64,000 nt of DNA from sequence record MT661596.1. One strand, given 5' to 3'. Position 1 is the first letter of the stretch, and every line of letters starts with the position of its first letter. The translations under genes were made by a program, and so were the position numbers. A model generated the notes under the pieces. That model did not search any database and was not told the origin of the DNA. It was given only the letters and a program-made list of their open reading frames with translations. Below, in pieces: positions 8,463 through 18,638 of this stretch.

Positions 8463-10808
8463 ATGAATTTGTCAATAGATTATAGAATTTATGTTAGTAA
8501 CAATATTAAACTAGCCCGTACAATGGTAATTAACTCGGTACAGAACGCCGCTATAATAAACGCACGTATGAGTTTAGGGGGTTACCCATACAACCCAAAC
8601 GACAAGACGACTTGGAAATACTACATGAACATGGCGGGTATTTATCACCCTACCAATGAACCCATGCAGGTTAAAAGTCTAGATACAGGTGAAATGATTG
8701 ATTTCACCGTAGAGAACTTGTCAAGGCATGTTAGTACCTGGCGTTCCTACCAGTACGGCACGGACTACTATAATCAATTACTTTCTAAATATCCATATCA
8801 ACCAGCCTTAATAAAAGGTGTGTTAAACCCAATCCCGTTTGACGTATCTACAAACGCTAAAGACTTTGAAATACTCTGGTATGATAAAAGCCTTGTTGAA
8901 GATGGTGAAGAAGGCTTAATTGATGATGTACAAGATTGGATTTGGACGTTAGATTGGCAGTGGTATCATAACGATTACGCGAAGGTTACCGAAGATTTAT
9001 ATCATCAGTACCATATGGGTGTGATGGCGATGATGCTGCCATCTGTTATTATGGGTGTTCGTATAAAGAACACCAACACAAACAAAGCACATAGTTTTCA
9101 TATATGGTCGCATATATTGTCCCATGCTGACTTGAAAGCATACATGCCCTATTTTAATAGAAAACAAATGCTTTGGTTGTATCGTAATATCGTTTGGATT
9201 AAACATAATGCTGGTAAACAATACACTTTTGATAAACTCATTGATAACCTATTAACGGAACGTAATATTCCAATCGGTGGTTTTGATGCTGTACATAACA
9301 CCGAAGAGTTACTCGAAAACATTAACGTTAGTATTGACTTCCGTCGTAAATTATTGAATATGCAAGATAGAATCTCGGATGAGACTTATATAAAGTCAAC
9401 GGAGTCCATTCTTGAAGCTGAAGTCCCACTAGCAAAATACAACGTTGATATTTACAAACAAGAAATCGATGTAACAAATCACAAAGTCGCATCTTCTCTT
9501 AGAAACAACATACCTACAAAAGTATTAGAATCTAAGATGAGAGACCGTAGCGGGTCACTAACATTCCCATTGGAGTTAACACTCCTAAATGAATGGATAG
9601 ATTTTGCCGACCGTGGGTTATACACTTCTATTGTTACTGTAACAAATCCGTCTACAGGTTTACCACTCACAATGTCCGTAAAGGAAGCGTTTGCTCTTTA
9701 TCTCTATGCCGTTTGGCGGGAGAGAAAAATTACACTAGATGAAATACCTCCAGTGTTAGCAAATAACGTTGTTCGATTACCACGACCAACTTTCCAAGAT
9801 TTAAAAGATAAACTCGGATGTGAATATGTTACTGACCCCTTTATTAAGGAAGCGATTAAAGACCTGCCTTATATAGAAAGGGTTATTTCAACAGAAGCGT
9901 TTTATAAACTAGCCGTTGATATAAACAGTAGAAACCAACTCCATAGAGACTTGTACTGTTATCGACCGCATATGGAGCAACGTGCCCATATAGAAAAGTT
10001 AGTGTTGAGTTTATATCAGGACAGACTTTGTAATCTATTTCCAAATACGACTTACAAAGAGTTCTTCGACACGCGTGGTTGGCGTTTCCCTGATTTACCG
10101 CCTGATGAGTGGGGTATCTTTGCTAAAAAGATAATGACGGTGGCAACAGGGATGGATACGGCTAACATTCAAAGTCTTGCTGATATCCAAAGAGCAATGA
10201 TAGATGCTACGTTGAAGTTATCTAGCTACACCATCCACGTATTACGCGATATTAACTCAGAAGCCATCGTTATGTTAGACACGCCATACAAACGTATCGG
10301 CGAGAACACCATGGTTATTAAATTACACAACTTTGTTGATAATCAAGATAAACGTGTTCTAAATCAAAGTGCACGACCTAAACGTAAACATAACCTCATT
10401 GATGTATGTCACCGTTTTGCTGTTGGCAACCCACATCCAGCCACAGGCTCTGTCGTTGAACGTGAAGTTGGTGTGTTATCGACCTCTGGAAATTCTTTCT
10501 ATCGATTTGTCGAGGGAATCAATCGCCAGGTTTGGGAACGTGAAGCAATTCCTATCGATAATGAGTTAGACAGAGATATCGAGAATAAGGTTTTAGATGG
10601 TCTTTATAAAACACCACTCGGTGGTGACTTACCACCACTGACGTTCGATAAGACGGAATTGGATGGTCTACATAAAGAACCCCTTAAAGGATTAGATACA
10701 CCTGTTAATCTATTAGACGGGTTATCTACCGAACCTAAACCATCTTTATCTGACATAAGGAATAAGCTGCTGAAGGGGCTTAAAGCCGACGATATCGATG
10801 AGTATTAA
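8463..10808 (+). CDS. virion structural/baseplate protein (phiKZ gp128-like)
   Basis: start reassigned from track 8220 (which overlaps the portal gene) to ATG 8463; motifs WKYYMNMAGIYHP, WLYRNI, HNAGKQYTF typical of this family. Confidence 0.7.
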   Translation: MNLSIDYRIYVSNNIKLARTMVINSVQNAAIINARMSLGGYPYNPNDKTTWKYYMNMAGIYHPTNEPMQVKSLDTGEMIDFTVENLSRHVSTWRSYQYGTDYYNQLLSKYPYQPALIKGVLNPIPFDVSTNAKDFEILWYDKSLVEDGEEGLIDDVQDWIWTLDWQWYHNDYAKVTEDLYHQYHMGVMAMMLPSVIMGVRIKNTNTNKAHSFHIWSHILSHADLKAYMPYFNRKQMLWLYRNIVWIKHNAGKQYTFDKLIDNLLTERNIPIGGFDAVHNTEELLENINVSIDFRRKLLNMQDRISDETYIKSTESILEAEVPLAKYNVDIYKQEIDVTNHKVASSLRNNIPTKVLESKMRDRSGSLTFPLELTLLNEWIDFADRGLYTSIVTVTNPSTGLPLTMSVKEAFALYLYAVWRERKITLDEIPPVLANNVVRLPRPTFQDLKDKLGCEYVTDPFIKEAIKDLPYIERVISTEAFYKLAVDINSRNQLHRDLYCYRPHMEQRAHIEKLVLSLYQDRLCNLFPNTTYKEFFDTRGWRFPDLPPDEWGIFAKKIMTVATGMDTANIQSLADIQRAMIDATLKLSSYTIHVLRDINSEAIVMLDTPYKRIGENTMVIKLHNFVDNQDKRVLNQSARPKRKHNLIDVCHRFAVGNPHPATGSVVEREVGVLSTSGNSFYRFVEGINRQVWEREAIPIDNELDRDIENKVLDGLYKTPLGGDLPPLTFDKTELDGLHKEPLKGLDTPVNLLDGLSTEPKPSLSDIRNKLLKGLKADDIDEY

Positions 10809-10855
10809 ACCAATCCTATGTCTATCATAAGACCTTTATCATTAAGGAGATTCGT

Positions 10856-11728
10856 GTGCGCGCACAACCAAAAGAAGGTGATAACGGTATCTATCCAGTA
10901 GACGTTTCATTAACTTCCAGTGAACTTGTTTATGGTTTAATTAACCATGATAATGAGACAAATCACTCAGCGTTAACGTTACGACTTGGCATACCGTTCA
11001 CTAACCCAGACCCGCAGTACAATCGTAATACTAAAATCAAAGCAGTATCTACGCCTGGGGCACCACGCCCTGGGTCTACCTATTTTTGGTATGACCGGTT
11101 ATCATTAGACCAGTATCTTCAAAATCATCAGAATATCGTTATCCCGGTTAATGATGAAATGAAGACCATGCAAGATGTTGTTGAATGGTTTAATACTGAG
11201 TTTGAACTCGGTTTGGTGAAAGATGATGTTAAACCTGATGTCATTAACTTTGAACCAAACGCAGTTAATAAGTTTACCATTTCATCTACATCGCTTGCCT
11301 GGCAAGGTTCTGTAAATGTCAGATTTGAAGTTGATAAAATTGACATCGGTACAGTGGTTGGTAATGAGAACCTGGACTGCATCCATGTGACCTCTGGTGC
11401 TAACATGACTTACGGTGAGTTGTATGGTTATGCTGTCGATACTAAGGACATCGGCGATGTTCTATACCAGACACCTACAGCAGAACTGACAGAAGACACA
11501 TTGGCTAAAGCCTTAACCAGCGCATCAGGCGATTTCTGGGCGTATGGTGAAAAACAAAGTGTGCGTAATTTGTACAAAGCCGATGTAACCTTTAATGGTC
11601 GTGTCACAGACCAAGTTACATATAAAGGTAAGCCAAACTACGAATACATGATGTTGGTGCAACCTAACGACCTTTACTGTGTTGGTTTCCAAGGTCCTCT
11701 TGTTCTTTACTACAACCACACTGTATAA
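10856..11728 (+). CDS. virion structural (baseplate-associated) protein, paralog 1
   Basis: 290 aa, AAGGAG SD + GTG; YDRLSL motif; C-terminal module shared with 11738 and 13473. Confidence 0.7.
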   Translation: MRAQPKEGDNGIYPVDVSLTSSELVYGLINHDNETNHSALTLRLGIPFTNPDPQYNRNTKIKAVSTPGAPRPGSTYFWYDRLSLDQYLQNHQNIVIPVNDEMKTMQDVVEWFNTEFELGLVKDDVKPDVINFEPNAVNKFTISSTSLAWQGSVNVRFEVDKIDIGTVVGNENLDCIHVTSGANMTYGELYGYAVDTKDIGDVLYQTPTAELTEDTLAKALTSASGDFWAYGEKQSVRNLYKADVTFNGRVTDQVTYKGKPNYEYMMLVQPNDLYCVGFQGPLVLYYNHTV

Positions 11729-11737
11729 GAGGTAATC

Positions 11738-12559
11738 ATGCTTGATTTAATTATTCGTCGTAAAATCAACGAGGTTATCGCCCCTGCATTTAACGATTCG
11801 TTTAAAACGAAATTGCTAGAGAGCGATTTTGAACTTGTTGATGTTAAAGACACTCTGGAAGGTAATGGTAATACAACAGCAACTTTAAAAATTGTTGACC
11901 CAGCCTCAGGTTATAAAGGTGAACGTAAGATAACTTACGACCGACTTGACGCAACTGAACTGTTCTATGGTGTTAATAAGAAGCTACCACTAGCGGCATC
12001 TGAAATCGATGAGTATAGTGTTATCGGTGCAATCAATGCTAAATACGGTTTAATGTTAACCATTGATGATATCACTAAAGTTGAAATTGAAGACGATAAA
12101 GCTGTAGTGACTTTTTCACCAACATCACCAATGATTAAAGGTGTGCTATCGTTAACTTACTTCTCTGAAGCTGAGGACTTAGGAACCGTGTTGTTCCGTA
12201 ATGACCTAGGTGAAATCAGAATGCAAGAAGCGACTGACCTGCCTAATATCACATACCACACTTATGCGTTAGATTTAAGTTATGCTAAGTACACCGTAGA
12301 CCGTGCAAGCACTGGTGATGACATCCCGGTAGAGGTTGTCAAGGCGTTAGCCGCAGCTACTGGTGAGCCTTGGGCCATTGTACCAGATAAAGTTACTGAG
12401 TTTAACTGTGCTGGCGCTAAACTGGTATTCCATGGCACAACACTTGAAGCAGACCGTGCGGGTTATCCATGTAACCGGAAGTTCAGCAATGTTGCTATTT
12501 ACAGACTTACTAATTTCTGTAATAATTATAGTGGCCTTCTGCTTGTTAATATGAATTAA
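11738..12559 (+). CDS. virion structural (baseplate-associated) protein, paralog 2
   Basis: 273 aa, GAGGT SD; YKGERKITYDRLD and INAKYGL motifs; shared C-terminal module. Confidence 0.7.
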   Translation: MLDLIIRRKINEVIAPAFNDSFKTKLLESDFELVDVKDTLEGNGNTTATLKIVDPASGYKGERKITYDRLDATELFYGVNKKLPLAASEIDEYSVIGAINAKYGLMLTIDDITKVEIEDDKAVVTFSPTSPMIKGVLSLTYFSEAEDLGTVLFRNDLGEIRMQEATDLPNITYHTYALDLSYAKYTVDRASTGDDIPVEVVKALAAATGEPWAIVPDKVTEFNCAGAKLVFHGTTLEADRAGYPCNRKFSNVAIYRLTNFCNNYSGLLLVNMN

Positions 12560-12572
12560 GGAATAAACTATA

Positions 12573-13460
12573 ATGAAACGTAACGTGAGAACTCACTATG
12601 GTAACTTATGGTCGGTTGCTAATGATTTGGGTATTCAAAACCCCATCATGGAGCATACAACATTAAATGAAAAGTTTAATGTCATTCCAGACCAAATACC
12701 AAAAACAAGTAACGGTATTCTTCGTTATTTTGCTATCGGTAACCAAGGTCACTATGGATGGCTATCTAAAAATAACATTTACTTAACGGCTTCTGTTGAC
12801 CACTACCCAGAACATGCAGCGTTGTACAATCACTTACCTTTTGTTATTCGTGAACCGGGTAATGACTTGGATGCAGACCAGCGCCGGAAATACCGCATGC
12901 GGGCTATCATCACAGCAAACGACGGTAAGCAGTATATTGCGTATTGGTTAAAGGTTATTAGTTCAGAAAACCTGGTTGTGCAATCACTTAAGTCTACACG
13001 AAACCCTGATGGTACAATTACTTCTGACGATTGGTCACCTGACTCTACCGCGTTGAATCCAACACCACCTAAATTGGACACAAACAATGTTGACCGAGTG
13101 GTGGCCTCAGACTCATTCTTAACAAGTTCAGCAGAGCTTGATTTAAGCCTGACTAAAGTTGACTGTGATGAGTTACTAAATGTTTGTCGTATTTTGTTTA
13201 AGGATGAGCATTATGCACTTATTTCCGAATACGCTTTAGTAGCTGGGGTTGATACTGTAGTTAATGGTGATGACGGTCAAGGTGGTGTCATTCAGTACAG
13301 TGAAGTTATTGGTGCACAAGCGGTAACATTGCTGACTAACCGTGGGTACGGTCCAGATGATGGTGACCGTGGTATCGAATACCTTGTTGACTACGGCGCT
13401 ACCGAGCCTTTACTAGCTGACTCAGGCGTTTACGCTAAGTACATCGCTACTGTTAAATAA
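12573..13460 (+). CDS. virion structural protein (phiKZ gp139-like)
   Basis: 295 aa; TLNEKF, YFAIGNQGH, YIAYWLK, ISEYALVAG, GATEPL motifs recalled for this family. Confidence 0.65.
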   Translation: MKRNVRTHYGNLWSVANDLGIQNPIMEHTTLNEKFNVIPDQIPKTSNGILRYFAIGNQGHYGWLSKNNIYLTASVDHYPEHAALYNHLPFVIREPGNDLDADQRRKYRMRAIITANDGKQYIAYWLKVISSENLVVQSLKSTRNPDGTITSDDWSPDSTALNPTPPKLDTNNVDRVVASDSFLTSSAELDLSLTKVDCDELLNVCRILFKDEHYALISEYALVAGVDTVVNGDDGQGGVIQYSEVIGAQAVTLLTNRGYGPDDGDRGIEYLVDYGATEPLLADSGVYAKYIATVK

Positions 13461-13472
13461 TGAGAGGGTCTA

Positions 13473-14306
13473 ATGAACGTTCTTAATAAAACGAGTCAAG
13501 AGCTCATCTTAGGTTTAGCGGGCAAAACTAACGACGTTGTTTTGAATCAGCGAGCCTTAGAGCTTATTGAATTTGAGAACACCGAACAAATTGGCGAGAA
13601 CAACGCTAAAGTTCGTATTAACTCAAAAGACCCTGTTGTATATACTGGGTCTCGTGTTGTTAAATATGGTAAACTTAATATCAACAAAGAACTTGCTGGT
13701 CTTAAAATTACACTGCCACTTAAGGCAGGTGATACCATGCAGATGCTGGCTTCGGCCTTCACAGAAAAATATGGCATCTATCTAGATATTAACGAACTTG
13801 AAGATACCGAAGTTGACGTATCTAAGTCACCAATGGAAATACTGCTTAAAGTTAAAATAACTGACAAAGCCGTAATGACCGAACGTGGTGGGTTTGTTAT
13901 TACAGAAGAAGTTGATGATTCTGACTTAAGTAATATTATCAAGCGAACTTCTTTAAATGGTTTAGTTTATCCATCTAAAGATAAGACTCGGATACAAGGT
14001 CCTATCATGACATACCCTGTCGTGTCAGAAGACAAGGTCGTCCCTGCTAGATATATTAAGGGTTACTTAATCACCACGCCGACTTCTGATGATTGGGTCA
14101 TCGCAGATGCATTAAGTGAAGACACCGGAGAAAACTGGTCGTTCAAACAAGCTGGATTTACTCTGTATAATGCAAAAGTGTTGTATAATGGTAAAACAGC
14201 CTCGCTGGATGAAACCTACCATGTTAACAGAGCGCACGAAAACGTCCTTATCTTTGAACCAGGTAAAGAATGTGATGTAGGCGGATATATCTCTATTCAT
14301 TATTAG
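13473..14306 (+). CDS. virion structural (baseplate-associated) protein, paralog 3
   Basis: 277 aa; YTGSRVVKYGKLNI, EKYGI motifs; shared C-terminal module. Confidence 0.7.
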   Translation: MNVLNKTSQELILGLAGKTNDVVLNQRALELIEFENTEQIGENNAKVRINSKDPVVYTGSRVVKYGKLNINKELAGLKITLPLKAGDTMQMLASAFTEKYGIYLDINELEDTEVDVSKSPMEILLKVKITDKAVMTERGGFVITEEVDDSDLSNIIKRTSLNGLVYPSKDKTRIQGPIMTYPVVSEDKVVPARYIKGYLITTPTSDDWVIADALSEDTGENWSFKQAGFTLYNAKVLYNGKTASLDETYHVNRAHENVLIFEPGKECDVGGYISIHY

Positions 14307-14344
14307 TCATAGGTGTTGAGGGTGTAAAGCCCTCAACTTATGCT
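14307..14344 (+). terminator. stem-loop, CATA/TATG family
   Basis: GTTGAGGG-TGTAAAG-CCCTCAAC with GTCATAG/TTATGC arms; no U tract. Confidence 0.6.
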
Positions 14345-14353
14345 GAGGTACGT

Positions 14354-14956
14354 ATGATACAGCATGACGTTAGACCACTTCAACCCTTACGTATAGTGGC
14401 TGTCGACCCAGGTACAGAGACCGTCGGTGTTTCGTTATTAGAACTGTGTCCTGTTACCCTGACAAAAACCTTAATTGAGTCATACACCATCCATGCGTCA
14501 GCATTGGCTTATCACTGGGATGGTATTATGCCAGAAGGGTATAATAGAGAATATCGTTTACAAGGTATTTTTTCTCATCTGTGGCATTACTTTAACAACA
14601 CACACCCAACTGTTGTTGTATTTGAAGATAACTATCTTAGACACTCGCCAAAGTCTTACAAAGCGTTGATTGAATCGGTTTGCGCTATTAAGCAGGCTGT
14701 CTGGCATTATAACCCAGCAACGCCTTTTTATGCGGTTACACCTATGCAGGCAAAAGCCTGTGTTAATGCAACTAAAAAGGCAAGTGATAAAGAACTTGTT
14801 CGAAAGGGTCTAAAAGCCTATACTGGATTGGTTACAACACCAGGATATATTGATAGTCTTGATGAACACTCGGTTGACTCCGTTGCAATAGGGTTGTATG
14901 CTTGTGAACAGATTGAGGCAGCATGGAAAGAAATAACTTGGACTATAAATAAATGA
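14354..14956 (+). CDS. ruvC: RuvC-like Holliday junction resolvase
   Basis: IVAVDPGT (D), VVFEDN (E), SDKELV, EHSVDSVAIG (D..D): complete RuvC catalytic set. Confidence 0.9.
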   Translation: MIQHDVRPLQPLRIVAVDPGTETVGVSLLELCPVTLTKTLIESYTIHASALAYHWDGIMPEGYNREYRLQGIFSHLWHYFNNTHPTVVVFEDNYLRHSPKSYKALIESVCAIKQAVWHYNPATPFYAVTPMQAKACVNATKKASDKELVRKGLKAYTGLVTTPGYIDSLDEHSVDSVAIGLYACEQIEAAWKEITWTINK

Positions 14957-15312
14957 AAGATAAAACAGAGCGCAGAACAGAGCAGGCTGTACAAGCAACT
15001 GTTCCTAGTGGAAGTTGGGTCACATTTGCGGGTGTTATGTCTGTCATTGTCACAAACGTTGTTTGTCTTATGTATTTTTCAGCAATACTGTTGCACGTTT
15101 ACAATAACGGCGTCTGGCCTGAGAACGATGGTTATTGGGTTGTTCTTATTGGTCCTGTATTAACAGCATGGCAGTTCATGGATGTGCGTAAGATACTTCG
15201 TACTGTGTTGAATTCAGATAACACAATTGGCTCGATTGTTAAAGAAGTTGTTATCAGGCGTTTAGGTGGACCGACACCACCAAAAGAAAACCAAAAAGAA
15301 AAAGATATTTAA
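14953..15312 (+). CDS. putative holin
   Basis: 119 aa, two hydrophobic segments, charged termini; ATGA overlap with ruvC; converges on the spanin pair. Confidence 0.55.
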   Translation: MKDKTERRTEQAVQATVPSGSWVTFAGVMSVIVTNVVCLMYFSAILLHVYNNGVWPENDGYWVVLIGPVLTAWQFMDVRKILRTVLNSDNTIGSIVKEVVIRRLGGPTPPKENQKEKDI

Positions 15313-15313
15313 A

Positions 15314-15368
15314 CCGACATAAGTAGGTATGGGTAACCCTAACGGGAAACCCATACCTTTATGCCGTA
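15314..15368. terminator. bidirectional stem-loop, CATA/TATG family
   Basis: AGGTATGGGT...ACCCATACCT stem with CGACATAA/TTATGCCG arms between convergent genes. Confidence 0.75.
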
Positions 15369-15372
15369 TCAA

Positions 15373-15795
15373 TTAGTGTAACTTTATTTGTTTAACCTGC
15401 TGTAAAGAATGAAGTAAATCATTAACGTATTGTTGTAACGCGTTAAGTTTTCTAGCATTCTTATCAGCCTCCGCCATAGAGTTAATCAAGAATAGACTTG
15501 TGGACACTGGTAACAATACACGCCCATCAACAATTCGTGCAATGTCCGTATCTTTAAGTTCACCAACAACTGGACGATTGAAATGTTCTATCAATTTCTT
15601 TTCGTTGTCTGTCGGTGCCTTCAACATTAATTCTCCGGGTGGTTGCACAGGTGTAAACGCAATCTGCTTAATTACCGGTTCTAGCTTTGTTGTCGGTATC
15701 GGTGGGCAAATGTTTGTATTTACTTGCTTCCCTGATGGGGACTGACAAGCTAAGAGTGCCGTCGATAATAGCATTACGATTATTAGCCGTAGCAA
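15373..15795 (-). CDS. o-spanin (outer-membrane lipoprotein)
   Basis: TTG start with AGGAGG SD 6 nt upstream inside the i-spanin gene; lipobox LLAC; Pro-rich mature region. Confidence 0.85.
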   Translation of the reverse strand: MLRLIIVMLLSTALLACQSPSGKQVNTNICPPIPTTKLEPVIKQIAFTPVQPPGELMLKAPTDNEKKLIEHFNRPVVGELKDTDIARIVDGRVLLPVSTSLFLINSMAEADKNARKLNALQQYVNDLLHSLQQVKQIKLH

Positions 15796-16111
15796 ATTCT
15801 GCCTCCTGGGATTTGAATTGGTACTCTTGACTCAAAGCAGCGGTTAATTGGTTTTGCTTATCGCGTATATCTTCCACAGCTGCATTGAGGGTTTGCATTT
15901 CTACGACTAGACCAGAAAGGTTTCTAATATCATCACCTTGCTTTTCTATAGTAACATGCATCTCCCCAAGCCGTTGACCGTTCTGATGAATTGTGTTAAT
16001 CATCCAATAAACCACTAGTGCTAATAGTAGGTATGGTATAAACCCCACAAACCATTTAAAGAAACGCAATACCGGTGCTGGGAGTGATATCAGCGAGAGT
16101 AATTTACCCAT
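15668..16111 (-). CDS. i-spanin (Rz-like)
   Basis: N-terminal TM, coiled-coil periplasmic part, Rz-type C-terminal NRNAIIDGTLSLSV; 3' end overlaps the o-spanin in another frame. Confidence 0.85.
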   Translation of the reverse strand: MGKLLSLISLPAPVLRFFKWFVGFIPYLLLALVVYWMINTIHQNGQRLGEMHVTIEKQGDDIRNLSGLVVEMQTLNAAVEDIRDKQNQLTAALSQEYQFKSQEAEFATANNRNAIIDGTLSLSVPIREASKYKHLPTDTDNKARTGN

Positions 16112-16119
16112 AAGTTATC

Positions 16120-17352
16120 CTAGTATGATGAAATCCTAAGCCAGTAAGGTTTGGGTATAGCGAACGGCTTAGTCATCATAGAAGCTGCGGCAACAGAACT
16201 TTCATCTTTATAACGAACAGTGTGTGATACACCATTGTGCTTATGATGGTGTCTGGTAAAGTACATAGTTTTCCGCTTACCTATACGTGCCAATGGTTCT
16301 GCTAAAACACCATTACTTAACTGAATAGGGATTGGTTGATTGTCAGGCGCTGCTGTAATACCTGACCAGTTATATGACTCCATAGGAATCTGCTCTACCT
16401 GTATAGCATCGTTATCGAACACAACCCAAAAAGATTGTGTTAAATCAGTCAGCCATGACAGTATCACTTCATCACTTTGGTACTCTTCCTTAGTAAGATA
16501 GTCTTCTTCTGACGTAAGCTTAAGCTTAGCTAGATTAGACAGGTTCAACCAGTGTCTATCGTGGAAATAACGGGAAACCCAATCGATATGTTCAAAGTTT
16601 AAACTAACGAGATTCTCACCGACAACAGTAACAACCTTACTTTGCCAGTGTAGAATACCACCGATGACAATACCGACAGATTTACCTTTCGTACTAAACG
16701 GTGTATTGATTAATACGTTTTCGTTATAACGTGCAAAATCCCCTGGAGGAAGTATACTGTCTTTTCTAATGTCATAACATTTGAGTGTTGACAGCTTATC
16801 AAACGTCAGTACAGCGCTGTGATGTTCGTTAGATACCTTAGCAGTCGTTACGCCATCTAAGATATAAATACCTTCATCGCCCATACCTGCTCTGTGAATA
16901 TAACCGTTAACAGTAAACAGTGATGAGTTGAATAATCGTTTATAATCAACCTCTTTCTTAGATACTAGGATATCTTTAGCATCTTCATAGAGGATTTCAT
17001 CGTTAGGGTGTTTATCAATATCAGCGGGTTTTTGTGTAAACCAGTGGGCGGCAAGGTTATGGAATCTTGCAACCTTTTGCTTTGTATCTGGTTCACCTGG
17101 CGTTGTGTTCAACCCACGAGTCCCTATAGATGCAAACCATTCATTAATTGTACCACCAAACATCATGAGTTCATTATAATAGTCTTGTAGAACAAACCAT
17201 TCTTTACCTTCTATAAATGGGTTACTCACAATGACCTTTACGTCAGTGAACATCTGAAGAACTTTGGGCAGAGGTATGTTAGAAATATCTTGATTAGTCG
17301 TGTGAGGTCTCGACCCCGCAGTTCGTGAGATACTACCTTCGTATTTGTACAT
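16120..17352 (-). CDS. virion structural protein
   Basis: 410 aa; LFTVNGYIH, IVIGGILH motifs typical of phiKZ-like structural genes; GAGGTG SD. Confidence 0.6.
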   Translation of the reverse strand: MYKYEGSISRTAGSRPHTTNQDISNIPLPKVLQMFTDVKVIVSNPFIEGKEWFVLQDYYNELMMFGGTINEWFASIGTRGLNTTPGEPDTKQKVARFHNLAAHWFTQKPADIDKHPNDEILYEDAKDILVSKKEVDYKRLFNSSLFTVNGYIHRAGMGDEGIYILDGVTTAKVSNEHHSAVLTFDKLSTLKCYDIRKDSILPPGDFARYNENVLINTPFSTKGKSVGIVIGGILHWQSKVVTVVGENLVSLNFEHIDWVSRYFHDRHWLNLSNLAKLKLTSEEDYLTKEEYQSDEVILSWLTDLTQSFWVVFDNDAIQVEQIPMESYNWSGITAAPDNQPIPIQLSNGVLAEPLARIGKRKTMYFTRHHHKHNGVSHTVRYKDESSVAAASMMTKPFAIPKPYWLRISSY

Positions 17353-17432
17353 GAGTCACCTCTTGAATCAAATTATATGCGCATCTTGCTTTCTACATAG
17401 CAAGCTATAAAATTACTTCGGAGATTACTACT

Positions 17433-18623
17433 ATGGCGGCCGCTAAAGTAAAAAACCTGGTCTATCCATTCAACCCGAATGCTTCTGATGAGAAGTCATA
17501 TATTAAGGGTGAAGAACACACGATAACACCAGCTAATGGAAAAAACTACGGTATTATCATTCCACGGTGTGCACCTTTCTTTCGTGGTGCAAGTAATGAT
17601 AAGTTCAAACTTGTCGTTCGTAATGCAGAAACCAATAAAGAACTCGTTGAAAATAAGGACTATACTTTAGGATATATGTACCTGGGTTTCTCAACTCTAG
17701 TTTATAAAGGTTTATATGGATGTATCACTTTCATTGGTTTGTCTAAACCTATTCGTATTAAATTAGACTACGCAACGATTGGTTGGAACTTTGTTCTTGA
17801 CGACAAAACTTATGCTGAAACCGTGGCGCGTATCATGGATAACCCGCGTGTTATCTCTTGGGAACAAGTTGTTGACGTGCCAACAGAATTCCCACCTATC
17901 CCGCATACTCATGTTGCAACTGATACAACTGATTATGCAGCATATATACAGCAAATGAAGTTATTGCAAGATGTTATTGTCACTGCCATCGGTGGGTATA
18001 ACGATATATTAAAAGAACACATCAATGCAACAGGGGATGTCCATAAACTAGATAAAAAGGCGGTGTCATTAGACAAGCTACCAAACTACCAGGTAGGTGA
18101 AGCCGGTCAGATTGAAACCGGTGGTGATAAAGCCCTAGCTACTATGGAACTGGCAAGAAAAATTGCCATTAAAGTCATGGAGAATAATGGAGGTCCTACT
18201 TACAGAGGTCCTGTTGCAGCTAAAGCAATGTCAGCACCTGTAGGGCGGTCTTGGGTCTCCGCAGACCAGAAGTTGGGGGGTAGTTATACATTAGAGCACA
18301 CATTTAAAGGTATACCCCCACAATCGCTTGTAGCTCGTGCGTTCCTTAAATGTATTAAGAACGATAGTGGTTATAAGGTGGGTGATATTGTTGATGCAAA
18401 CACCTACGCAAGTATTTCAAATGGTATTGTTCAATACCCTTCCACAATAAAAGCATTAACTGAGAAAGAAGTTATTATCGAGGCACCGAATGAAGTCAAC
18501 TACGGTAAAACACCATCTCGGTTCTTTCCATTAATTAAACGCACAGAACTTGAATACGATATGGCTAACCCCGCTGTTCTAAAAGGTGACTGCTGGCGTG
18601 TAATTGTTCAAATAACTTATTAA
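17433..18623 (+). CDS. tail fibre-associated protein
   Basis: 396 aa; N-terminal anchor domain shared with the next two genes; PPIPHTH and VSLDKLPNY motifs. Confidence 0.7.
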   Translation: MAAAKVKNLVYPFNPNASDEKSYIKGEEHTITPANGKNYGIIIPRCAPFFRGASNDKFKLVVRNAETNKELVENKDYTLGYMYLGFSTLVYKGLYGCITFIGLSKPIRIKLDYATIGWNFVLDDKTYAETVARIMDNPRVISWEQVVDVPTEFPPIPHTHVATDTTDYAAYIQQMKLLQDVIVTAIGGYNDILKEHINATGDVHKLDKKAVSLDKLPNYQVGEAGQIETGGDKALATMELARKIAIKVMENNGGPTYRGPVAAKAMSAPVGRSWVSADQKLGGSYTLEHTFKGIPPQSLVARAFLKCIKNDSGYKVGDIVDANTYASISNGIVQYPSTIKALTEKEVIIEAPNEVNYGKTPSRFFPLIKRTELEYDMANPAVLKGDCWRVIVQITY

Positions 18624-18638
18624 TGATAAGGTGGTGTT

